Of a stretch of 64,000 nt of DNA, positions 14,301 through 26,315 are shown piece after piece (the stretch's first letter is position 1; each line of letters opens with the position of its first letter). Source of the stretch: Phoronis australis. Its lineage: Eukaryota; Animalia; Phoronida. The notes below the pieces were generated by a model. It did not search any database and was not told where the DNA came from. It was given only the letters and a program-made list of their open reading frames with translations. The DNA lies in NCBI GenBank assembly GCA_002633005.1, contig NMRA01000054.1, positions 879,038 to 943,037 on the forward strand, written 5' to 3'. Both the position numbers and the translations under genes were made by a program.

Positions 14301-15323
14301 TTTATAGACGGTGAACGCGAAAGGCAGCGTACATATTGTCGTGTAGTTAAGTGTCACTAAAGTATAAGAGAAAGACTACAGTTATAATGTTTGTTGAGAG
14401 TTTTTTGTTTTTAGGTCACTGTTAGATAATTCGAATCAAACAGAGATTACAATGAGTGTTCCAAATGCTTGTTTCAAAAATCTTTTCAATGCAATTTTCA
14501 TCGAAAGTTAACGTGATCTTCTTCAAAAACTCAACACGTTTTGTCATATTGCGCAAATTATTGTCCCAATAAAACAACAAACATTCTTTCTTAAATAACC
14601 ATGACACGAATACCAAAAAATAGCAGTTGTATTCTCGTACAAGGATTACGATACGTTTTTGAAACTTAGCGATAAAAATTATGAGCATTTTTAAAACAAC
14701 AAAAAGAAATGTTTTAAGCACCTGCCGAATTATTCCACAATAGTTTTAAAATTCAACTCTTAACGTTGCCAGAAATTCTTTAATATCCCACCTTAACTCT
14801 AACCTTCAGCTCCTTCAAGAAGACTTAATCCTCAAACAACTCCTATTCCTCAGAGAGATGTTCATGTATCCTAACTGCCAATAACAAACTTATTGAATGA
14901 ACAATCACTCCAACATTCACGAAATTCCTTAGTTATCCTGACAACTTCGATGAAAGCCCCCTAAGTTTCTCACTCGAACACCACTTGTCGACTTCCTGTA
15001 CAGCAAATGCGAAGTGGATGTCATGGAATAAAACTAATTAGAACTACCAACAGACATTCCTCGTTCGTTCAAATGTCACATTACCAGCCCAATACACCGG
15101 TAATGCTTGACATCGTATCGTAAATACCGTCCTAGGATTACAGTAGTATTATTAGCGGGTAATTCTCTCGAGTACCTACCGTATCGTCGTCTAGAGTGTT
15201 TGTATTTAACAAATCCTCTTCTACACTATTCTTGTAGAGATAACCTTTGCCACCTTTCTCGTCCTTTCCACACGACATTACAACCATCAACAGAACAGCG
15301 CAGATCACCCACACAAGCCTCAT
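5302..15323 (-). CDS. Adipolin/erythroferrone-like (C1QTNF12/ERFE, FAM132 family) secreted C1q/TNF-related protein, ~319 aa, 7 coding exons
   Basis: Phase-consistent GT-AG exons. 15180-15323: signal peptide [19 protein letters not shown]. 9566-9679: [38 protein letters not shown]. 9237-9389: short collagen [16 protein letters not shown] then [18 protein letters not shown]. 8892-9062: [25 protein letters not shown]. 7046-7245: [38 protein letters not shown]. 6148-6226: [21 protein letters not shown]. 5302-5400: [24 protein letters not shown]. Motifs resemble recalled adipolin/ERFE motifs (AWMLFVRQSDK, LLxEF, GRFTAPV, SGLESNSRVFT, GSSFSG). Linkage of exon 1 is the least certain part. Confidence 0.9.
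7354..7620. mobile_element. MITE, CA..TG ends, 5-bp TSD (hAT5-like)
   Basis: Imperfect TIRs catgctcgcacccag / ctgggtgagcgcatg; AGTGG on both sides (7349-7353, 7621-7625). Confidence 0.65.
9995..10087 (-). repeat. ~95-bp dispersed repeat, copy 2 (in intron of the adipolin-like gene)
   Basis: Reverse complement closely matches 2981-3077. Confidence 0.8.
10897..11306. mobile_element. Degenerate MITE remnant (Harbinger-like end)
   Basis: tagggactcatataagttcc (~10897) is an imperfect inverted copy of ggaacttagttgagtcccta (~11260); right end gtttcatgcaaccgggcac. Confidence 0.35.
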
Positions 15324-16152
15324 GTTGCAGCACTATTCGTTATCAGTGAGAACTAGTCAATTCACGTTTTTCATTTTGCTCCTTTAACGTTTAAGAGAAC
15401 CTGCCCTCCCGTCTTTGAAATAAACAGCGGTAATCAACAACGTCACGTTCTGTCAATACACGCGGTACGTCGAAGGCGTCAACGAGTCATTCGCAGCCGA
15501 CGACTAGTTTTTGTGCCCAAACATTCATCGGCGCTGAAATAAAAGTCAGTTTGAGGTAAAACAAATCTTTCCTACGTGCTAATCTAACATTGGGTTGGCT
15601 TAGCGTGGCGTGATGATCTCAGTGGATAACACAAGGCGCCAAGGAGCTCATGACAGTCGACATATAGACTAACGTTGATTTCGACATTTTCACTTCTATG
15701 TAGACGCTATCCATTTATCACGGGGATGTAATCTTAGTCAGGAGAGTCAATACGGTTCCTGAAATTATGATTCAACCATTGTTTTCTATCTCTATACTAA
15801 TTGTTACGAAAGGTGTCAATACCTTATGAACACTGAATAGAAGGAATCATGTTCAAGGATGGTAATAGATATAGAGTTGTAATTATAACGTGAATAGATC
15901 AATCAATTGCGTTTCCAATTACATGGCGTCCATTCTTAACGTGCAAGCTTTGTCGCTTCAAATCCAAAAAGTATGATTAAACACCTTTCGGACTATCTCT
16001 TTGTACGATTACCAAACAAAATTGCATGTTGAACAAATTAATAAGTTGTCTTGGTATACAATTCAATAAAATCAGTTTCATTCTCTTCCAATGCGCATTT
16101 AAGGTTAAATCAGAAAAACAAAAGTTGAGCATCACATGAAATAAAAACAATA

Positions 16153-16258
16153 ACTTACCTTTGCACACGACTTATGTTTCGTCCTACAACTAAACCACCT
16201 CCTTTCTACGGCATGCGATTGGAAGACCCTCTCTATGAGAAGTGCCCCACTATTTATA
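16153..16258 (-). promoter_or_regulatory. Possible TATA box and non-coding first exon upstream of the adipolin-like gene
   Basis: Minus-strand TATAAATA at 16251-16258, followed ~95 nt later by a strong donor AAG|GTAAGT (16153-16158); no convincing matching acceptor found. Confidence 0.3.
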
Positions 16259-17751
16259 ACACACTGAGTATCGTATTGTTATCAAGTGCTGCGTGCACTA
16301 TCGCGCCGAATATTGACTTTAATAACCAATTTGTGAATGTATAGCCTGCGGACATTAAGCATATCCTGTAACTGCGGTGATGAGCACATATTCACTTGAT
16401 CCCAACCACATTCTTAAGGCTCGTGTGAAAGTTAAAGCCAGGACAAGAGACAAAAGTTCACCATTTGTGTTAACAATCCACGAAGTGGTAGTGTTTCGCA
16501 AATGTTTGTTTATGTCGACTGTGACATTCACATGTTGTCGTCTGTTTCGTAAGCACGTTCAATATACATTTAAAGTGGTTTACACCCACAGAGGCAAAGG
16601 ACGGTTACAGAGAATCCTGGTACCGGATTTAGACTTTGGGAAGTCCGAGATTTCTTTGTTGAAAAGGCACCAACAGTAGTTCTTAAAAAACGCAGCATGT
16701 GTCGTTTGCGTGCGCTCAAAATTAAGCAGTTTACCCTGCAGTACTTATAAGATGCTTTCCTTGTACAACCGAACCTTGTGAGTTACGAGTGTATGTGGTA
16801 TTCACAACGAAGAACGTTATTTAGGTGCCTATTAGCTAAATCTCTTTAAACTTGTATATGATATCAAATCCCCTGAGACTACAATCATAAAGGGTGTTGA
16901 AGCTTACCTGTGTAAAAATTATACTGAATCATGAAGCCTTTTTCTTGTATCAATCTTATTTGCCAAACAAGTTTTTAGGCAACCCGTCGATTGTTTGATC
17001 TATGTAGCAAATATCCAGTTCTGGAAGTACCACAGCGCCCTCTCTGATTCTGTGGTATTTAACCACAATGCTGCGCGTCCGCAGGTCACTTTGTTCGTAG
17101 TTGCACACTGCTACCGTGCTAATCACCATTTGTAACTCTGACGTAAGGTAAGTTTTACTGTGTCATACGAGTTGCAATGCTAACAAAAAATGAAAAGCTG
17201 AGTGAGGCGTGACACATTGTACGACTCGGCTAAGAAATCTATACGCCTCCCTATACCTTTCAAACGCTACTTCAGGCATACAGTGCGCTTTTCTACTGTA
17301 GCAAAAGAGGAGAGTTAAATCTGAGAGGAGGGAACTGAAATGGGTTTCAAATTGTCACTAGTATAAAGGCGTAATCAGAATTCCCCCAAGACAGACTCCA
17401 ATCCGTCTGGGATCTCTCTGGCAAGGATTGGTGTATCCAACTACTCTTTACCCGTGTTGAAAATTATGTGTCGTTTATATTAAGGGGGACCTAGGATAGG
17501 TGTCCCTGGTGATAACACCGGGTTCCGTTCTTTCGTGTTTTTGAAATGACAAATCCTTTCGTCTTAAGCGTTCTTCTGTCGGAGGAGATTCCCATGATGG
17601 AATCGGTTGTCACGCTTTTCATGTTTTTGTTCAATTATCTCCTACTACCTAACACAGTATAACTGTCGCATTTAGTACACACATCAGTGTTCTCATGTAT
17701 TCACGCATACGGGAGATTAGGTTTACAGTTTACTTACAATCAATTAACCAA

Positions 17752-18795
17752 TCACAAAAAAGATGAATTTGATTTCGTGCCAGTCATCCGTTTTTTACTA
17801 TTTGGAGGCAGAGAAAGGACTTTCTTGGTGTGCGGTAACCTCGTAAGTTCCATCATATCAGCAAAGCCAAGACGGTGGAAAACTTTTCGCTTAGTGGCCC
17901 GGTGTTTCGTTGGTTCCGGGTCAAGTACAGGTGTCACGGTAGGAGAAGTAGTCCTTTTGCCAATAAAATAGTCTTGGAGAAAATCTTCATGCTCTATAAT
18001 TTTCTCAACACGTGACAAGGATATGTGTGTGTGTGGTGACTGGTCGCGATGCTTCTTCGCAAATGAATCAGTGTCAAGCTCATCTTGTTGCCTTACAAAA
18101 CATGGTGTCGACTGTCCATAAAACGTCCGCAGAGACGTAATGCCGTAACGAGGCATGTGGCTTTCTAACTTGTTGCGTGGTTTCATGAAATGCGCTTTCC
18201 GCTTCAACTTGTATTTAGACTTGTGTGAAGGGGAGAACTGAGACATTTGGTGTTGTAAAAGAGACACCTCGTTTAAGTAGTTCCTGTATGCCGCTCCCAG
18301 TGGATCTGCGGTTCTTTCGCGAAGTTCCCAGCTATTTGCTATTGCATGGCGGATGCTCCATAAGTTGGCATAATTTGCGTCGTCGTTTCTGATCAAATCC
18401 ACGTCATCTGTTTTCTTTGGCGTTTTATGCTGTTTGGGCATAGATTTCGTGTAAAGTTTTCGACGCGGGTTTGAATAAGGTGGCTGTCCTTTCTTGGTTG
18501 TTTTAGCAAAGCGCGCTCGTTCCACACTATCTTCTGTTTTATAATAGACAAACGGTTTCCCAAGTCGGTCGTTATAGTTACTAATCAATATCGGAGTTTC
18601 CTTGATATGTGTTTCACAAATCTCGTCCACTGGAGTTGGAGTCTCCAAATTCTCGCCAAATTGCTTATCAGTTGGTGACAGAAGTGACTGCTCGAGATCC
18701 TCCGACTTTGAATTGCAGGTTTCTTGGGTTTGCTGCGAAGAGGATAAATAATCAAGCGTACTTTTATGAGCTCTCTGTAGTGTAGGGTGCAGCAA
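17752..18795 (-). CDS. Long uncharacterised coding exon (347 codons, hydrophilic/basic); probable terminal exon
   Basis: 1044-bp stop-free frame in AT-rich DNA. It has no N-terminal ATG and is preceded by a possible acceptor (..gttttttaaataag|TTG, phase 0). No recognisable domain. Confidence 0.6.
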   Translation of the reverse strand: MLHPTLQRAHKSTLDYLSSSQQTQETCNSKSEDLEQSLLSPTDKQFGENLETPTPVDEICETHIKETPILISNYNDRLGKPFVYYKTEDSVERARFAKTTKKGQPPYSNPRRKLYTKSMPKQHKTPKKTDDVDLIRNDDANYANLWSIRHAIANSWELRERTADPLGAAYRNYLNEVSLLQHQMSQFSPSHKSKYKLKRKAHFMKPRNKLESHMPRYGITSLRTFYGQSTPCFVRQQDELDTDSFAKKHRDQSPHTHISLSRVEKIIEHEDFLQDYFIGKRTTSPTVTPVLDPEPTKHRATKRKVFHRLGFADMMELTRLPHTKKVLSLPPNSKKRMTGTKSNSSFL

Positions 18796-19539
18796 CTTAT
18801 TTAAAAAACGCGAGTAAAACGCAGAAATGTTTAAATTGTGCTAACTGTGATGGCGGATTGCGCTGCCAATCGTTGGCACTGTCCATTCAGCTTGATCGTC
18901 CAATCTGAAGTTTGGTACTGTCGACAGTCGAGAAATGGAAGGGACAGGCCTTCATATGGGAAGGACGGACTCAAAAACAATGCGAAGCACGGACGAGAAA
19001 TGGGTGGGACGAGATTGTAACGGTACGGCAACTGTGTCCTCAGATGGTGTTGCTGAAAGTAGTTGTCGTGTCGCGGGTCAAACGATAATCCACTTAGCCG
19101 CCACAATACTAAAGATGTACGCCTTCCCTCCTGAAAATGTGTGGTTCTACCATCATTCGACGCGTTTCTTGTGGTATTGCTAGTGACGCACATTTCTTAA
19201 GATATCGGTATGTAATCATGGAAAGTTTTAATTGAGAGCTTATAAACCAAACAATGGCGATACTCCCACCACGATGTCTTTTCCATTTCTCATCCGTCCA
19301 TCACATTTTAAGGGTGTGTCCTTCCCGTCAGAAGGTCCTCCTTTTCCATTGAAAGTCCGAACTTTCCATTGGAGATACATTCTTTAGGCTATGTGTTTGG
19401 AGGGTCACGGAACTGGCAAGAATAGGACATTGGAACAATGCTTGACTTCCTTTCATCGACGCCTGAATGCAGATCTGCAGCCAGCTGATACAAGTGAGGT
19501 CGTAAAATTTATGATTATTTGGTCTTTTGAGCAATATGA

Positions 19540-19690
19540 CCTAGTGATAGAGTTGACGGCTTAGAATCTAAAGATCTTGGTTTCCACTAGACGACACTGC
19601 TAGACCCTTGTGTACGGATTCCTGCTCCATTGCTCACTTTCGTAGATATTAACTCATGTGTAAAATGTATTGTAATATATCGTGTAGGTT
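19540..19690 (+). mobile_element. Degenerate tRNA-derived SINE-like fragment
   Basis: tagtgatagagttgacggcttagaatctaaagatcttggtt resembles a decayed tRNA-like head followed by SINE-like body. Confidence 0.3.
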
Positions 19691-19796
19691 ATGGTAATGC
19701 TTAGGCTAAAAAAGCATAGTTGGTTCTACCGATCTGGGTTTTTTTGGAAAACCGAGTCAGTGGTGCGGTATTCTTTTAATTGCTCACTTTTTCAGC

Positions 19797-20913
19797 CACA
19801 GGCGCTTGGGTTTATCGCAAATGACGTCACTCAATAATATATATAAGAAAACATAAAGGTTGGACACTCGAAATCTGTTTGCTCAGAATTTTCTACTCAA
19901 ATGTGCATGGAACTCTACGAAACTAACATCGAACAACTCTTAGAATACCTTCTTTCATTCGATCTCTTCAAATTGCCTTCGAGTGGCGATTTGGCGACAA
20001 AAATGCCAAAAGAATGCCAAAATCACAAATTCAAGGACCTGATTCCGTGATGTCATGGCAGACGGTCTTCGCACATCCGGGTTTTTGACGGACGCTCCCG
20101 AGCTAAATCCGAAAGTCTAATTTCGCGCGGCTTTCATCGTCAATCCCTCGACTACTTGATCATGAGAACTGAGCAGAGAGCACTTTATTGCCAAATAAAT
20201 GTAATTACTCACATATTTGTGTCAAATATAAATTATCCTGATACTGTATTGATATGCGAAGTTTTTGTGTACTGTGATTTCTTATGAAGGTTTACTTTTG
20301 GCCAAAACCATTGAGTTAACTCGTCGGCCACGCGCATTGTAATACTTGCACGGACAGCGTTTCCTGGACGAGTGTGTTGTGCTTCAATCAAAAAAGTGCG
20401 TTATGTCAAGATGAGAAACAAGATACACCAGTTTATGTAATAAATTTCTAAGTTAAGGGCGAAAATGAGCCGTCAGTGGAATAAAGTTACAAATAATCAT
20501 TAAAATACTAACTTTAACATTCTCAATTAGTTGAGTTTCGGATTAGAATTATTGAATTTGAAATATTGGTTGCTTGCTCAAACTCAAAGTTTCACCTACG
20601 TCAGGCGTACAAGTTGAAGCACAACTGAAATCCGTCATGTTTACTATTTCAGGTCCTTGAATTCAGAGTTTTGAGATTGTTTTGGAAATTCCATCGCCAC
20701 TTCACCACTCACGACGACAGTTAATGGGATCTGGGAAAGATAAGGCTTCGAATGTTTATGCAATACCAGGCTAAGGGAGGTGCACGCAGATTTTATTTGA
20801 ATTTTGGACGGTTGAAGTTGGGAGCCTCGGCTAAACAGATTTCGAGTGTCCAACCTTTATGTTTTCTTATATATATATTGTGACGTCATTTGCGATAAAC
20901 CCAAGCGCCTGTG
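19797..20913. mobile_element. Non-autonomous TIR DNA transposon, 1117 bp, CACAGGCG ends, 8-bp TSD (P- or hAT-like)
   Basis: ~80-bp near-perfect TIRs (cacaggcgcttgggtttatcgcaaatgacgtcac...); TSD TTTTCAGC at 19789-19796 and 20914-20921; no coding capacity seen. Confidence 0.9.
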
Positions 20914-21266
20914 TTTTCAGCAAAGAAAATTCAGCTGAGACGAGATAAAATGGCGCTCTATTTGTTTTTTCTTTTTGTTTTTTTTACTCAACGCTTGATA
21001 AATCATGGTGTTTCAAACCTTGTACAGCTTTTCAAAAAACACAAGGCTTTGGATGAAATTGATGCAGGTTGGCGTTTTTAGTCGATGAGATGATGGCCCG
21101 GGATGTATGGTTTGGCCTTGTAATTTTTTGACGTTTTCTGTTCTATTTTGTGCGTACTCAAGATAAGTGTTCATTATGTTGCGTTCGAGTACATTATAGT
21201 TTTTGTATAGGAATTTCCAGCCAAGTTCAAATTTGATGACCCCTAGATTCCAACTACTAGGTATAG

Positions 21267-22843
21267 ACCTAATTCACGCCGACAGGAGGCGCGTTCCAAA
21301 ACGAGGCTCGCTACGATATCTCTGTTGGCTTATCGGCATACTGGTTGTATTCCGCGTTTTGAACGGGCTAGGAAAAATACGGACACTCAACTGTCTGTTT
21401 TACAACATCTGAGGACGTTGAGATTCGGAAGTGTTGGGTCGTTGCCATACGCGCGACGAAAGAAAATAATTATGTCCCAGTAAAATTTATAAATGTTTGA
21501 AAGTTTGTCGCATCTCGGTTGCCGAGCGTCATAGCAACGACCGGAGAATCTTTGGTCAGCCAGGCCGTGTTTTCATGACTACGGGTGATGTATGTTTCTT
21601 TCCAAAAAAAGACAGGGCCCTCAATCCTTCGATTTTGGGTCCGAATATCGGCCCTATTCTCCTCTAAAAATCCCCCGAAATTCCCCCACAAGGCCTTAAG
21701 AATTCCCCTTGTGATTGAAAACTTCTCTCCGAAGTTCAAATCACCTGTATCCACACAGGTGACAATTTGAAAGAGCACAGGGCGGGTGTGCTAATGATGA
21801 TGATCGGGAGGTAGATTTTTGCCCTCACTCGGCGAAAAAATCCCCCTCTCACGAGGCACACACATGAGCACCTTTCCTCGGATGAATGAGCCTCGAGGCC
21901 CCTGAAGAAACATGATAACTATGCTTGCACTGTGCAGTTAACTGAAATTGAGCTAAAAAAACAAGGTTATGCTTTAGACGAACGAGTTAGGTGTTTTAAT
22001 TTTAAATTCAACTTAGTCCAGTTTGATATTTGAAACCTAACACATGAAATAGACATATATAAGAATCATTAAAACCAAGAAAGCAGAATTGATGGTCAAA
22101 TAATTACTTGTGAATGTGTGCAAAGGAGTGAATGAGAACCTGGATATAATGCGAAAGCGATTTCTGAGGCTGTGCTCGTTTTTTATTTTTTTTTTCAAAA
22201 TTTTTATAAATGGCCAAATAATTTTTATTTTCAATTACGAGCCTGTTTTTTATTTTAATAAAAAGTATATTTAATAACATCAGTTATTCTTTCAGATCAA
22301 TGACAAATCCATTGTTAGTCCCAGTAGTCCCTGCATCACCAGGATGCTTGATGTTAACACTTTTGATCAACAAATCAAACCAGATGTGACTAATTGCACA
22401 TGACAGCAAAATGCGATGAGCCACCACTGTCGAATATATCTTCAACTCGTCAACAATACAAGCAGATGACCTGGTTCGTGTAGAAAGCATTTTTATCAAC
22501 AATTTAGAAGAAGAAACGTAACTCTGCATTCAGCATAATACCTAATCCGTAACACTACCGTGACTATCGCCGCAGTTTGGTCATTTTTACTTTTCATGTT
22601 TCGAACCTAGTTTCCGAAAAAAAATTTATACCCTTTCGTCAGACAACTCTTTGGTGCATTGACTTGTTCTCTAATGTACTTTCTACGTCTCTGTGGTTAA
22701 TTATCGACACATTTTTAAGATTTAATATCCAGGTTGGACTCGAAAGACCGGCCATTTAACTCACGCAATGTAAACTTCCGCTTTGTTTATCGCAGTGAGC
22801 CTCGCTTTGGATTTTAATGTCCGCCGCGTAAGTTAGGTCTATA
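21267..22843. mobile_element. Possible old TIR element (tatagacctaa / ttaggtctata ends)
   Basis: ~20-bp imperfect inverted ends tatagacctaattcacgc / gcgtaagttaggtctata; TSD unclear. Confidence 0.35.
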
Positions 22844-22981
22844 GCAAAAACTCGAATTTTCGAGTTCAGACTCGAACTTTTAGCCTTAATGTTTGGGTCA
22901 TTAAGTGCAAATCATGATTAGACAGTTATTCGCCTAAGTTATTATGTTCTTGAGCATAAAAAATAGACACTTGTCTTGAAT

Positions 22982-23047
22982 TCGCACAAAAGTAGAATAA
23001 AAATCGCACAAAAGTAGAATAAAAATCGCACAAAAGTAGAATAAAAA
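22982..23047 (+). repeat. 22-bp tandem repeat x3
   Basis: tcgcacaaaagtagaataaaaa repeated three times. Confidence 0.85.
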
Positions 23048-23264
23048 ATGCCAAAAATAATTTCCAGTTTGATTTCGAGTAAGAAAGTTAGTCCCTGTCC
23101 AAGGTCTCCAAATGAGACGGGGTACAGACCAGAACCAACTATGTTTTTGTAATTACTTATGTCAGAGGGACACGCTTTAAATCGTCCCTTGGTTAACACA
23201 TGTAGTGTATCATCTACGACTAGAGACTACTATTACAATTCTCCGTACACTCCTTGCTATTACT

Positions 23265-23296
23265 ATCATCATCATCATCATCATCATCACCATCAC

Positions 23297-23329
<33 letters not shown>

Positions 23330-23371
23330 TATCATCATCATCATCATCATAATCATCATCATCATCATCAT
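23265..23371 (+). repeat. (CAT)n microsatellite
   Basis: ~35 CAT units with few interruptions. Confidence 0.97.
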
Positions 23372-23614
23372 GACCTTTGAACCTCACCAATAGGGCCCTC
23401 ACGGATTAAACAGCGATACTCGAATCTCGCTGTATTTACCCACAATGCCGTAAACATTCGTCAGGCACATTTGCTGCCTCGTTTTCGTGTCACTGGGGTT
23501 TAACATGTTATTTGTTGTTGTCAGATTTTTCATAATTTTTTTGTTTGCATTACTTATTGCTGCTGTGTTGTGGGCTGCAACTCCTACGTGACAAAGTTTG
23601 ATTAGTTGGACAAA

Positions 23615-23919
23615 CAGTGGCGGATCTAGGATACCACAAGGAGGGCCAACGTGTTGCCTCGGGGAGTTGAGCAAAGCGCAATTGTATGTGGACAGGGCCC
23701 CGAAAGCTGCGAGGGCCGGGATGTGGGACCTTCCGTTCGGGAATTCTATCGGTGGACTAAAGAAAAAAAAAACGGAAACACGGTTCCTCTAGGATCTGAG
23801 CTGCCCCTCCCTCATCCCTAGTTATTCAACTCAATATTTTCTCACGCTTCACGCTGTTCCTGTTTAGTTTTGCTTGCGGCAGCCAAAGGGGGGTTCCTGC
23901 CTCCCTAAATCCGCCTATG
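23615..23919. mobile_element. MITE with cagtggcggat / atccgcctatg ends and 5-bp TSD (hAT5-like)
   Basis: TSD ACAAA at 23610-23614 and 23920-23924; related right-end fragments at ~1995-2011 and ~12244-12260. Confidence 0.75.
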
Positions 23920-24199
23920 ACAAATACGCGCAGAAGCGCGATCTAAAATTCTTCGCCTACCCGACATCAACGAGAGACACGAAAATGTGCCTGATTTCCA
24001 AAACGAGGTCACACACTTTCCAAAATCCGGGACAAGAGAAAGTTCTATCGCCGTGTAATCCGGGACGGCCCTATGTTCTCCCCAATCCCTCCAACAAACG
24101 TCACCCATCCTCCAATCAATTGGAAACAAAACTGACTTGGGCATGAAGCAAGCATCATATCTGTCATTGACCGGACCTAAACAGTTGGGGATGAGATCG

Positions 24200-24420
24200 T
24201 TGCATCCTTGACTTCAAACATGGAATATGGAGAATTCGTTGTTGAGAACTACAAAACCTTCAAACACACCATGACCTGGCCGTCTAGAAAAGCAAGACGT
24301 AAGAATAGTGATTTACTCATTGAACTCACTTCAAGGATCAAGCCATCGCTTTCAAGAAGTCAGACGACCTTAGGGTTCATCAGCCGACAGCGATAATCCT
24401 GGCTGTCCATTCTAGGAGTA
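24200..24420 (+). mobile_element. Decayed LINE (CR1/L2-like) ORF2 fragment
   Basis: Translations VVENYKT... and SQTTLGFISR resemble the YKYLG...KAxxxLGFIxR region downstream of the RT domain; stops and frameshifts present. Confidence 0.4.
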
Positions 24421-24656
24421 CATTTCTATCAGCTTGGCAAGGCAAAGCGATGTCATTGTGGACTTCGAATCGTCACTTCTCCGATTCACGTTTAGATGTT
24501 ATGGAAGGAAACTTACTGTCTCTCAGTAGGGAACTTTTCACTGTTAACTCCTACGGGCACTAAAAGTTTTGGCCTACAAGAAGAGGTCCGCACGGCTACG
24601 CAGAAAATGTAGTAAACGAGACCCCGTGTTTGGTGTTAAGGCACTGGTAAACTTAA

Positions 24657-25994
24657 AGGCGAAGGCAACCTTTTTTCATGTCATTTTTAGCAAGAATAAG
24701 TATCGTTGATTATCCCAGACATATTTTTCACTTATTTACTGCTTTTCGTAATTTAATTAATTACTCGTCGTCTACTCCGGAAGTGACGTTTTGGGAGGCA
24801 AGAATTTCGCCCCAATTTCTTTTCATATAGTCTGACTGTGAGAGCAGTCGAGTCAGTCATTGTTCTACCTCGGCTGTGATAAGTTCGGTCGTCGTTTGCT
24901 TTTGCTTACGAGTCAGTCAACATGCCACGCTATTGCTGCGTACTGGGGTGTACTCAATATCGTCTCACGTACTGAGGAAGAACTGTCCCACTTGCCCGAG
25001 TGTACCGCGACACACTCCCACTGGAGGGTGATCTGCCAGGAGCACCCAAACTGCTTACATCCCGCCGTGTGACTCCCTCGCTACACACCTGGCAACTTCC
25101 AAATAGCTCCAATACATGTCCACAATAAACTTATCAAACTTAGGCTCATCAATCTGTTCATTGGATGACGAACTGTCCTCTTCACTGGGTGTCGAACTGG
25201 GCCTGTATTCACTCCCACTACTCAACATCGCTGCATGGCTGCTTGCAGGCTCTGGGCTAGAGACAACAGCACAGGGCGAATCACTGCTAGTTCCCGGAAT
25301 TGCACGCAATGGGATACGTTCGGAGGCACGGGTGACAGTAGATGAAGTGCCTCCAGTCACTGAATATAGTGGCCACATCTCGCGAGGCTTCTCGCTTCAA
25401 AAACGCACTTCTCGGTGTTGGCGACGGGGCACTGCCGGGAATCAACAGCGACGGTATGGTACCATTCTTCAGGCGTTGTTTCGCAGGGACCTCCATCAAT
25501 TCAGCGTACATATTTGTCATAATCTGACGGCAGAAAATGCTTGCCACACACTCGGTAACCCTCCATTGCTTTGTACGTTGCGTGGACGGGTAGCGCTGCG
25601 TTCTTCACATGAACGAGCTAGCCAAGTACGGCGAAGTGTGTCATCCTTCGGAAACAGATGCAAGGTACCCAAAGCGCGTGTAAGACGATAATGAGTACAT
25701 CCCGGCACGCAGCAACAGCGTGGCATGTTGACTGACTTGTAAACAAAAGCAAACGACGACCGAACTTATCACAACCGAGGTAGAACAATGACTGACTCGA
25801 CAGCTCTCACAACTGTCAGACTATAACGAAAAGAAATTTGCGCGAATCTCTTGCCTCCCAAAACGTCACTTCCGGAGTAGAGGACGAGAAATTAATCAAA
25901 TTACGAAAAGCTGTAATTAAGTGAAAAATGTGTCTGGGATAATCAACGAACCTTATTTTTGCTAAACGTGACATGAAAAAGGTTGCCTTCGCCT
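24657..25994 (-). mobile_element. Kolobok-type non-autonomous element A (fold-back form, ~310-bp inverted arms, THAP-transposase pseudogene)
   Basis: TTAA|AGGCGAAGGCAACC...GGTTGCCTTCGCCT|TTAA; frameshifted THAP MPRCCCVPGC..HLFP..W starting at 25726 (-); left arm is an inverted copy of 25680-25994. Confidence 0.9.
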
Positions 25995-26315
25995 TTAATA
26001 GACATGAAAAAAGGTTGCCTTCGCCTTTAATAGTCTGAAAACGGTATTTCCAAGGCAAAAAAACAATGCCAGTATCCGTACAGCAGTAGTCGGTGAGGAT
26101 GAAACCTGTTGATAAAGGTGGAAGACTACTATTGACCAAAGCAAGTAGCAACTGGGCCTATGGCCCGACCGGGAGAGGGGGATAAATACACTGACGACTG
26201 AGAGGAGGAATCAAAGCTGCTGGTTACTACAAAGATGGCAGAATCAAATAACCAGCATGCAAAAATTTCAACTGGTACCGCGCTCATTGAATTACATGTA
26301 TCCTTGAGAACATAC

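Noticed and set aside
23159-23402. Poly-His / poly-Ile / poly-Asp ORFs
   Set aside because: Translations of a (CAT)n microsatellite
25517-25726. Host THAP transcription-factor gene
   Set aside because: Three related copies, all inside TIR elements and disrupted by frameshifts or truncation
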